From a bacterium (GTDB lineage Bacteria > SAR324 > NAC60-12), in the NCBI GenBank assembly GCA_965233585.1, contig CBDDTI010000295.1, positions 192,418 to 256,417 on the forward strand: a stretch of 64,000 nt of DNA, read 5' to 3'. The position numbers were made by a program, and so were the translations under genes. The notes below the pieces were generated by a model that worked only from the letters and a program-made list of their open reading frames with translations, was not told the DNA's origin and did no database searches. Positions within the stretch are counted from its first letter, which is position 1. Each line of letters starts with the position of its first letter. Positions 18,924 to 27,231 of the stretch are shown piece after piece.

Positions 18924-20897
18924 ATGTCTATCTTTCCTCCACCTGAACTGGAAGATGGGGAGGCTCAAGATGTTGCCCCCCCTAAAACTGTTGAACATCT
19001 AGCCACTCAAGGCATTGTTCGCTATCCAGACTTAACGTCCAGAGTGGATTATGTTGAGACCATTCGCCAACTTTCAGACAGCCCTCATGGATTTTGCAAA
19101 CAGGCTTTAAGCCAAGAAGAAGCCAATCGTTCTGTCGTGATTGTCGGTGCAGGAATGAGTGGCTTGATTGCCGCTTATGAACTCAAAAGAGCAGGCTTTC
19201 AAAACTTGACCATTCTTGATGCAGGAGACATGAGTCAGTCTGAAACCCAAACCCAAGAACCTTTGAGCTTTAGCCGAACTTACACCACTGCTGAAGGTTT
19301 TGAGATAGGAGCAATGCGTTTTCCAGACAAAGCCAAGTTGTTTTGGCATTATGTTGCCACCCGTCCCAGTTTGAAAACTCAACCTGTGCAACCCTTTTCT
19401 AATCCCGGTCAAGTGCCAACCTTGCTCGTCTATCAAGGAGAATCCCACCTTTTTCAAAATCAAATCCAACCCCTTCCCCCCAAATTTTTGAATATCAAAA
19501 AAAGGTTTGACCGCATGGTGGAACATCTGATGAAAGATAAAACGAGCCTACAATGGACAACTTCACAATTTACAAAAGTGTTGTATCAAGAACAACTGAC
19601 TGAACAAGAACGCCACCAGATTAAAACCTACTGGAACGATTTTCTTTGTCATTTCAAAAACAAAAGTTTTTATGATGTGTTGATAGAGGAAGGACAATTT
19701 GATGAGGAAGCCGTCAATATCCTTTACACCATCGGTTTAGGCACAGGTCCTTTTGGTGCTTTGTTTGAAGTGGCATTTGCCGACATGTACCGCATTTTAA
19801 TTTGGCAATACACTCAAGAATACAGCCTTGCTCCTCATTGCACTGTACAAGGAATCACTCATGCTTTTGCACAAGATTTTAAGATTCGCACCAATACCAA
19901 TGTAACAGGGGTCTGGCGTTGTGAAGGCGGGCAAGTTGTCATTGAAACTAACACCTTAGAACAAGGCAAAGTGAACACAGTCCATGAAAAATATGACTAT
20001 GCCATCATTGCCACTTCTCATCGCAGTATGTCACAAATGATGGGGTTGGCTGACAGTAGCAAAAGCAATCCTGAACGTCTACTAAAAAGTCCATTTAATC
20101 CCTACCATACTTTTCCCAATGAAACGATTTCTCAAGAGGCAGAAGTTTTTTTAAAACGGCTGATTGATGCCTTGCAAAAGACGTTTATGATTGACGCAAC
20201 TAAAACTTTTGTCAGCCTCAAACAGCCTCCTTGGGAAGTCCCTGAACTCAAAGAAGACTGGCCCCGTATCCATGGTGAGCCTGTGCAAACCATCATCAGT
20301 GATACTTTATGCCAACAAAGTTATATCGTCACAACCAAAACAGGATATGGTTTGTTGTTAAGCTATGCTTGGGGAGATGAGTGTTCTCGTCAAGAAGGCT
20401 TGCAACATGTTCAACAGTCCTTGATTCCAGACTCATGGAAGGTGACATCAAACGTGCATGTCAATATCTTGCAACAAAGTTACAATGAACTGGCGTTGGG
20501 GGGAAAATCCACCACTGAAACCAAAGTGTTATACAATCTCATTCAAAAATGTAATGCAGGTCTGTCCCCTGAAAACATTGCCTGCTACACCTTTTTTTGG
20601 CAACAGGCACCGGGAGTCTATGGAGGGTTCAAACTCAACAAACCCAATCAACATGAAGCTGTAACAACGCTTGCTCATCAAAATGCAATCGCTCTGGCTT
20701 CTGATTCTGGTCAATCTTGGTTTCCTGAATCGTATCGTAAGATTTTTTTAGCAGGGGAGAGTTGTAGCTTTTACGGAGGATGGGTAGAAGGAGCCGCCTT
20801 TGCAGGAGTGAATGCTGCTGCTGGTGTCATGTATGAAATCAATCGTCATAAACTGCATGACAACGTTCGGAAGTTTGTGAGTCTGCCCAACGTCTGA
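18924..20897 (+). CDS. Flavin amino-acid oxidase/2-monooxygenase (phenylalanine oxidase / IaaM-like), paralog 2
   Basis: VGAGMSG, EIGAMRFP, GLGTGPFG, LLSYAW, GGFKLN, GGWVEGA; colinear with 12038..13993. Confidence 0.82.
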   Translation: MSIFPPPELEDGEAQDVAPPKTVEHLATQGIVRYPDLTSRVDYVETIRQLSDSPHGFCKQALSQEEANRSVVIVGAGMSGLIAAYELKRAGFQNLTILDAGDMSQSETQTQEPLSFSRTYTTAEGFEIGAMRFPDKAKLFWHYVATRPSLKTQPVQPFSNPGQVPTLLVYQGESHLFQNQIQPLPPKFLNIKKRFDRMVEHLMKDKTSLQWTTSQFTKVLYQEQLTEQERHQIKTYWNDFLCHFKNKSFYDVLIEEGQFDEEAVNILYTIGLGTGPFGALFEVAFADMYRILIWQYTQEYSLAPHCTVQGITHAFAQDFKIRTNTNVTGVWRCEGGQVVIETNTLEQGKVNTVHEKYDYAIIATSHRSMSQMMGLADSSKSNPERLLKSPFNPYHTFPNETISQEAEVFLKRLIDALQKTFMIDATKTFVSLKQPPWEVPELKEDWPRIHGEPVQTIISDTLCQQSYIVTTKTGYGLLLSYAWGDECSRQEGLQHVQQSLIPDSWKVTSNVHVNILQQSYNELALGGKSTTETKVLYNLIQKCNAGLSPENIACYTFFWQQAPGVYGGFKLNKPNQHEAVTTLAHQNAIALASDSGQSWFPESYRKIFLAGESCSFYGGWVEGAAFAGVNAAAGVMYEINRHKLHDNVRKFVSLPNV

Positions 20898-20976
20898 TGG
20901 ATACTTCCATCAAAGAAACTAAAGTCATTCGTCAATAAGCCGAGCGAGTCAATTCATTTTTTCAAATCAAACACTT

Positions 20977-22602
20977 ATGAAAAGTCCCCATTGGAGAGAA
21001 GTAGAACAAATGCGGTTTCAGCCTGTTCATGCCAAGCCTGCCCAAAGTGACATCATCATCGTCGGAGCAGGACCTGTTGGAATGAGCCTTGCCATTGATC
21101 TGGCACAGCGAGGCATCAAGAGTCTTGTCTTGGATGATGAAAACCGTGTTTCCGATGGCTCACGTGCGATATGTTGGGCAAGAAAAACATTAGAGATTTT
21201 CACAAGGTTAGGCATTGGTGAGACCTTGCGAGAAGAAGGCATCCAATGGACAACAGGCAGAGTGTTCCATCAAGACAAACTCATTTACAAACAACAACTC
21301 ACTCCTGACACTTTCCCTGAAAATCCTTTTTTTGTGAATTTTCAACAATCCTTATGCGAGTACCTGCTTATCAAACGTTGTGAAGCCTTGAACATTGAGA
21401 TTCGTTGGAAAAATAAGTTGATTGACTTTGAGCAAAATGAACAAGGAGTGTCGTTGCAAGTCCAAGCTCCAGATCAAAAGTATCAGCTTCAAACCAAGTA
21501 TTTGATTGCTTGTGATGGTGCAAGGTCTTTTGTGAGAAGGCAGCTGGGTTTGGAGTTTGAAGGTCAAAGATTCCGTGACCGCTTCTTGATTGTGGATATA
21601 GAAATGAAAGGGGAGTTTCCGCAAGAACGTTGGTTTTGGTTTGAGCCTCCTTTTCATCAAGGACAATCTACTTTACTGCACAAACAACCTCAAAATGTGT
21701 GGCGAATTGATTTTCAACTAGATGCCAACCAAGAAACCAGCAATCAAGAACTCAAAAACGAGCAAGATGAAGCCTCAATCGCTAAGAGAGTGCGTGCTTT
21801 TTTGGGACGTGATGACTTGGAGTTTTCTATTGTGTGGTTTTCCATTTATTCGTTCACTTGCCGTCGTTTGAAGAACTTTCGGCATGGCAATATCTTTTTT
21901 GCAGGAGACAGCGCCCATGTGGTGTCTCCATTTGGGGCAAGAGGAGGTAACGGAGGCGTGCAAGATGCAGAAAACTTAGCATGGAAACTTGCTGAAGTTT
22001 TGTCAGGGAAAGCACACCCCAAATTGTTAGACACTTATGAAGAAGAGCGGATTTCTGCTTGTGATGAAAATATCTTGCATTCTGCACGCACCACCGATTT
22101 TATGACTCCTAAATCCCAAAAATCGTATCAGTTGAGAAATGCTGTTCTCAAACTTTCACGTTTTCATCATTTTGCCAGCCGTTTAGTCAATGCAGGCAGA
22201 ATGAGCTTGCCACATTCTTATCAAGGGGCAAGCCTATCTGGTCTCCTTCCACCAAACACCACCATTGCCGCAGGCGAGCCTGCCATTGATGTCCCTTTGA
22301 CAAATGTGCAAGGAGAACCAACCTACTTACTCAGACACATTCAAAACTTCACCATTGTTGGATTTAGACGCCCACCTTTAGAAAAAGCCCTTGATTATGA
22401 TGTTCTCAACATCAATTCTACCGATGGCACAACAACTTTGAACGATGCAGAAGGTTTGTTAGCCAAGCACTACTTCAAACATCATAAACAAGGTGGTTAT
22501 CTTGTCTTTCGTCCAGACCAACATGTCTTAGGTGTCTGTTTAGAAGAGACTCCAGAACAAGCCAAGTCTGCGATTGAGAAAGTGAGAGCAGGGAAGTTTT
22601 AG
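20977..22602 (+). CDS. FAD-dependent aromatic monooxygenase (MhpA/MhaA-like, group A)
   Basis: VGAGPVG, ACDGARS, AGDSAHVVSPFGARGGNGG, C-terminal RPDQHV. Confidence 0.85.
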   Translation: MKSPHWREVEQMRFQPVHAKPAQSDIIIVGAGPVGMSLAIDLAQRGIKSLVLDDENRVSDGSRAICWARKTLEIFTRLGIGETLREEGIQWTTGRVFHQDKLIYKQQLTPDTFPENPFFVNFQQSLCEYLLIKRCEALNIEIRWKNKLIDFEQNEQGVSLQVQAPDQKYQLQTKYLIACDGARSFVRRQLGLEFEGQRFRDRFLIVDIEMKGEFPQERWFWFEPPFHQGQSTLLHKQPQNVWRIDFQLDANQETSNQELKNEQDEASIAKRVRAFLGRDDLEFSIVWFSIYSFTCRRLKNFRHGNIFFAGDSAHVVSPFGARGGNGGVQDAENLAWKLAEVLSGKAHPKLLDTYEEERISACDENILHSARTTDFMTPKSQKSYQLRNAVLKLSRFHHFASRLVNAGRMSLPHSYQGASLSGLLPPNTTIAAGEPAIDVPLTNVQGEPTYLLRHIQNFTIVGFRRPPLEKALDYDVLNINSTDGTTTLNDAEGLLAKHYFKHHKQGGYLVFRPDQHVLGVCLEETPEQAKSAIEKVRAGKF

Positions 22603-22680
22603 GCAAAAGAAACCGAATATTGATGACCTAAGTTGCTAGTAAATATTCTAAGTTTATGAGTTCACTGCCTAGTGTCTTTT

Positions 22681-24669
22681 TCAAGGAGTTTGCAAGTCGG
22701 TAATATGGCGGTAATACTCTAAGCACTCTGGATTGCCGATGGCTGACAGATTGCTAATCTGTTTGCCCATCACCACATCACGGATACAAATTTCTGATAC
22801 TTTGCCCGATCTAGTGCGGGGAATGTCTGGTACGGCAATAATTTTTGCTGGCACATGACGGGGTGTACAGGTGGTTTTAATGTGATTTTTTATCTGCTGT
22901 CTATACGCATCATGCAACTGCTGACCCTCTTTCATCACCACGAACAAAATCACCCGCACATCGTTTTGCCATGGTTGTCCAATCACTGCACTGTCCCTGA
23001 TTTTGTCAAAGGCGAGGACTTGGTTATAAATCTCTGCCGTGCCAATGCGGACACCGCCAGGGTTCAAGGTGGTATCGCTGCGCCCTTTAATCACATATCC
23101 AGTGGCGGTCTTTTCCACAAAATCTCCATGACACCAAATGTCTGGGTATTTTTTAAAATAAGCACTGCGATATTTTTGACCACCTGCATCGTCCCAAAAG
23201 TAGATGGGCATACTTGGAAATGGTTTGACGCAGACAAGCTCACCCACCCCATTACTGATAGGCGTGCCATGGTCGTCCCATACTTGGACAGCTTTTCCAA
23301 GCACAGGCGACACCAACTCGCCCCGATACACGGACAACAAAGGATTGCCCATTAAAAAACAACCGACAATGTCTGTTCCCCCAGAAAGCGAAGAAATATA
23401 CACCCCTGACTTGACATGTGCTTGCAGCCAATCAAACTGGTTTGGTGCCAACACAGATGCAGTTGACCCTATCGTGCGTAATTGTGAAAAATCGTATTTT
23501 TTGTTGGGTTGACAATGATGATTTTGTAACATCTCGTAGTATTTTGCTCCTGCCCCCACAAACGATGCTTTTTCCACACTGACATATTCCATTAACACGT
23601 CCATATTGGGATACAAGGGAGACCCATCGTACAGCAATAAGGTTGCACCACATATCAGTTGCCCTACCAACCAGTTCCACATCATCCACCCGCAAGTGGT
23701 ATAAAAAAAGACCCTATCGTTAGGCTGAATATCGCTGTGATACATTCCCTCAATGGCAAATGACAGCAACATTCCCCCCACGCCATGAACAATACATTTT
23801 GGTTTGCCAGTGGTGCCAGATGAATACATAATGAACACGGGGGCATTAAATGGCACTGGCACAAACATCATCTGTTGTGGCATGTAATCACAGATGATTT
23901 TTTCCCATGCCACATACTCATCGCCCATATGAGCTATGGAATCATCAGAATCATCGGCGGCAGTCTTTTTGGTCATGTCAAAATACACAACCTGTTTAAT
24001 TTCAGGGATGCTTGTCAGCACTTGTGACACCTTATCAAGGCTGTTGTGGAATTTCCCGTTATAGAAATATCCTGTGGCAGTAAATAATATTTTTGGTTGG
24101 GTACTGCCAAAACGGTCTACAATCCCGCTCACTCCAAAGTCAGGAGAACAAGATGTCCACACCGCTCCAAGAGCTGTCGTTGCCAGCATGGCAATCACTG
24201 CATGGGGACTGTTGGGGACAAACCCCGCTACCACATCGCCCTTGACTACCCCCGCATCTATCAAGTATTGTTGCACTTGTGACACTTGGGCATGCACCAT
24301 ATTCCACGACATGCGGTATGCTGTATTTGCTTCAGTTTTAAAGACGAGACAATCGTCATCGCCACACTTTTTTAACAGATTTTCGGCAAAATTTAAGGTG
24401 CTGTCAGTCAAAAACTGCCCGCCAATCATGGTATGGGGATTGTCAACAATCCGCCTACCTTTGTGATAAAAAATAAGCGGAATATGACCACACAAGAACT
24501 GCCAAAATTTTTCTACTTCAGTAATAGAAAAAGTATGCAAATCATCGGCATTTTGCAAGTTTAGCCCATATTGTGTGTTCAAACCTTGCATCAACCTGCC
24601 TATATTGCTGGTATGTGTGGCATCTGCAGGAGGACTACATATGGGAGTAGATAGACGTTGTTCTGTCAT
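22681..24669 (-). CDS. Acetoacetate-CoA ligase
   Basis: LNFAENLL, SCSPDFG, MYSSGTTGKPKCIVHG, YTTCGWMMWNW, SGGTD, GRSDTTLNPGGVRIG. Start placed at MTEQRL. Confidence 0.92.
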   Translation of the reverse strand: MTEQRLSTPICSPPADATHTSNIGRLMQGLNTQYGLNLQNADDLHTFSITEVEKFWQFLCGHIPLIFYHKGRRIVDNPHTMIGGQFLTDSTLNFAENLLKKCGDDDCLVFKTEANTAYRMSWNMVHAQVSQVQQYLIDAGVVKGDVVAGFVPNSPHAVIAMLATTALGAVWTSCSPDFGVSGIVDRFGSTQPKILFTATGYFYNGKFHNSLDKVSQVLTSIPEIKQVVYFDMTKKTAADDSDDSIAHMGDEYVAWEKIICDYMPQQMMFVPVPFNAPVFIMYSSGTTGKPKCIVHGVGGMLLSFAIEGMYHSDIQPNDRVFFYTTCGWMMWNWLVGQLICGATLLLYDGSPLYPNMDVLMEYVSVEKASFVGAGAKYYEMLQNHHCQPNKKYDFSQLRTIGSTASVLAPNQFDWLQAHVKSGVYISSLSGGTDIVGCFLMGNPLLSVYRGELVSPVLGKAVQVWDDHGTPISNGVGELVCVKPFPSMPIYFWDDAGGQKYRSAYFKKYPDIWCHGDFVEKTATGYVIKGRSDTTLNPGGVRIGTAEIYNQVLAFDKIRDSAVIGQPWQNDVRVILFVVMKEGQQLHDAYRQQIKNHIKTTCTPRHVPAKIIAVPDIPRTRSGKVSEICIRDVVMGKQISNLSAIGNPECLEYYRHITDLQTP

Positions 24670-24688
24670 AGTCTTTGAGCCTTTCTGT

Positions 24689-25846
24689 TTATCCATTTGA
24701 GCAGTTTTCAATGCACATGGCAACGCCCATGCCTCCCCCTACGCACAGGGTGGCAACGCCCCGTTTTTGACCAAGTCTGTGCAAAGTATGTGTCAAGGTT
24801 GTCAAAATACGGCTGCCACTGGCACCGATAGGATGCCCCAAGGCAACAGCACCGCCATTGACATTGACCTTATCCGTATCCCACCCCAGCAATCTATTGA
24901 CCGCTATGGCTTGAACCGCAAAGGCTTCGTTGGCTTCAATCACATCAATCTCGTTGAGATGCCACCCCGCCCGTTGCAGTGCCATTTGTACCGCCCCCAC
25001 AGGACCTATGCCCATCAGTTCAGGGGCAACGCCTGACACCCCATAGGACACAATCCTTGCCAAAGGCGAAAGACTATGACGATTGACATACTCTTCACTG
25101 CCCAATAACACCATTGATGCCCCATCGTTAATGCCAGAGGCATTGCCTGCGGTCACTGTGCCATTTTCTTTGTCAAATACAGGAGGCAAATCCTGTAAAT
25201 CGGTCAATGTTAGATTGTGGCGAATGTGTTGGTCAGTGGCAATGCCATTGACAGTCACGATTTCATCGTTAAAATAGCCTTGTTCGGTGGCAGTTTGGGC
25301 TTTCTGTTGCGATTGCAAGGCAAACACATCTTGTTCCTCCCGACCAATATCATATTTTTTTGCCAAGTTTTCAGCAGTTATGCCCATGTGTGTCTGCCCA
25401 ATGGCACACAACAAACCGTCCGTCAGCATCGTGTCCTTGAGTGCATCGGTGTTTTTTTGTGGATTTTTGCGGTCATAATAGGCACAGAACTGTGAGAGAC
25501 TCATGTTTTCTTGCCCACCGCTAAGTACACAGTCCAAACCACTTTCAATGCCTTGTACCCCCAAAATCACACTACGTAATCCCGACCCACACACTTGGTT
25601 AATGGTCAATGCTGGTGTAGATACGGGTATTCCTGCCGAAATAGCACTTTGACGGGCAGGGTTCATTCCCACCCCAGCGGTTAAAACCTGTCCCACAATC
25701 ACATCCTGCACTCTATCAGGTGCAGTGCCAGATTGCTGTAATACAGCCCTCATACAGACGGTGCCTAAGCACACAGCAGAGGTGTCAGCAAAGGTTTTCA
25801 TAAATCGCCCAATGGGCGTTCGTACAGCATGTAAAATATAGACCAT
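24689..25846 (-). CDS. Acetyl-CoA C-acetyltransferase (thiolase)
   Basis: NQVCGSG, NEAFA, GHPIGASG, LCVGGGMG. Confidence 0.95.
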   Translation of the reverse strand: MVYILHAVRTPIGRFMKTFADTSAVCLGTVCMRAVLQQSGTAPDRVQDVIVGQVLTAGVGMNPARQSAISAGIPVSTPALTINQVCGSGLRSVILGVQGIESGLDCVLSGGQENMSLSQFCAYYDRKNPQKNTDALKDTMLTDGLLCAIGQTHMGITAENLAKKYDIGREEQDVFALQSQQKAQTATEQGYFNDEIVTVNGIATDQHIRHNLTLTDLQDLPPVFDKENGTVTAGNASGINDGASMVLLGSEEYVNRHSLSPLARIVSYGVSGVAPELMGIGPVGAVQMALQRAGWHLNEIDVIEANEAFAVQAIAVNRLLGWDTDKVNVNGGAVALGHPIGASGSRILTTLTHTLHRLGQKRGVATLCVGGGMGVAMCIENCSNG

Positions 25847-25892
25847 AATGTGGCTCTTTTAGTGTTGATGAGGTTTTCTAACCCAAGGCTAG

Positions 25893-26102
25893 TCAATCAG
25901 GTTGCTGGGTGATTCGGTGAGCTTCTTCAACCAAGAATTTAAGACGTTCTGCATTGCCAACTTCATTGGCAAGTAAAAAAATCAAAGTCTGGCTGAATTG
26001 TGTAGATTGCTGCTCATCAAACGATTCATAAATATCAATCAACTGATGGTACAAGTCATCGGGGTTTTCTAAGGAATCAGGAATGGTTTGGTTAGTCTGC
26101 AT
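25893..26102 (-). CDS. Small protein, DUF2783/MhaB-like coupling protein
   Basis: PDDLYHQLID........S......LIFLLANEVG pattern; 69 aa from an ATG overlapping the end of maiA. Confidence 0.7.
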   Translation of the reverse strand: MQTNQTIPDSLENPDDLYHQLIDIYESFDEQQSTQFSQTLIFLLANEVGNAERLKFLVEEAHRITQQPD

Positions 26103-26727
26103 CAGGTTGTTGTTGAGGTTGTGCTTGTTGAAAAGCTTGCAGTTGCAAAGCATTGTTTTGAATCTGTTTTAAGCGAGGATAGGAAGACAAATCAACCTTC
26201 CAACGTTCGGCATTATACAACTGCGGAATCAGGCAAACGTCTGCAAGGGTGGGTTCATCACCAAAACAAAACAGGTTTTGGGGACTGACTTTCGCCTCAA
26301 GGATTGCAAAGGTTTTAGACATCCAATAGTTCATCCACTGCTGAGTCATCTCTTGCGTCAAACCATGTTCCTTTTTTAAATAATTCAAAACTCCTAAGTT
26401 GTTGATGGGTTGGACTTCCATGGCAATATCATAAGCCACAGATAGCACTTTTGCACGCAGAGTTAAGTCTTTTGGAATCAATGCAGGTTTGGGTTGTATA
26501 TGCTCCAAATAATCAATGATAACTAAGGATTGACAAAGACAAGTGCCATCATAGAGTTCCAAAGTAGGTAATACATTTGTTGGATTTTTCTGCTGATACC
26601 AACTTTGTTGATGCTCCCTTTTTAAGAGATTGACAGGCACTAATTCATGCTCAATCTGTTTCAAATTCAAAGCAATTCGCACACGATACGAAGAGCTAGA
26701 ACGCCAATAGGTGTAAAGTTTCATCAT
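26092..26727 (-). CDS. maiA: Maleylacetoacetate isomerase (zeta-class GST)
   Basis: LYTYWRSSSSYRVRIALNLK, QPINNL, ADVCLIPQLYNA. Confidence 0.95.
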   Translation of the reverse strand: MMKLYTYWRSSSSYRVRIALNLKQIEHELVPVNLLKREHQQSWYQQKNPTNVLPTLELYDGTCLCQSLVIIDYLEHIQPKPALIPKDLTLRAKVLSVAYDIAMEVQPINNLGVLNYLKKEHGLTQEMTQQWMNYWMSKTFAILEAKVSPQNLFCFGDEPTLADVCLIPQLYNAERWKVDLSSYPRLKQIQNNALQLQAFQQAQPQQQPDAD

Positions 26728-26991
26728 AATTTTGTAAAGCGGGAGTTATTCAAGGGTTGCCAGCAAACGGGTGATGAAAAACGCAGATAAACCACACAAC
26801 CTTCGGGTTCTGCCCGCAAACTATAACCTAAAAAATCACCTTTGTCTAGTCAATTCTTGCATCTGCCTTGATATGTCTCAAAACTTCGTCATTCACCTCA
26901 TCGCACTCCTGTCTATCCATCTGCTCTAAAGGACTTTAAGCCAACACTCTCTAAATTTAATCCTGAGACTCTGGGTCTTCAAGAAAAAGAC

Positions 26992-27020
26992 TTGTCATAA
27001 AAATATATATTTGATAAATT
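26992..27020 (+). promoter_or_regulatory. Putative sigma70 promoter of the efflux operon
   Basis: TTGTCA-17 nt-TAAATT, with TGn extension before the -10. Confidence 0.45.
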
Positions 27021-27133
27021 ATTCTTTGTTGATGAAAAAGCGAGGGCAATGAAGAAATTTTTGAGAAACATTTTTTGTCGCTTGGGATATTTTCAATGTT
27101 TTCTTGCCATTTGATTTGGATTCAAAATAAATC

Positions 27134-27231
27134 CATACACTTTCATCTTATTTGATTATGAAAAACAACTCTTAATGAGTTAGAATAGAAACGTATTCAT
27201 ACACTTTCATCTTATTTAATTATGAAAAACA
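27134..27231 (+). repeat. 34-bp direct repeat (2 copies, 1 mismatch) spanning the TolC start codon
   Basis: CATACACTTTCATCTTATTT(G/A)ATTATGAAAAACA at 27134-27167 and 27198-27231. Confidence 0.9.

Noticed and set aside
22681..25846. Separate horizontal origin of the ligase/thiolase pair based on higher GC
   Set aside because: Spot counts were near 50% GC, but the neighbouring monooxygenase is similar; a proper composition analysis is needed.
27049..27114. 21-aa leader peptide MKKFLRNIFCRLGYFQCFLAI
   Set aside because: It has a weak RBS but no attenuator structure that I can see; it could be chance or a gene remnant.
27134..27231. Mini-CRISPR (34-bp repeat, 30-bp spacer)
   Set aside because: Only two copies, non-palindromic, and the second copy is the tolC start itself.
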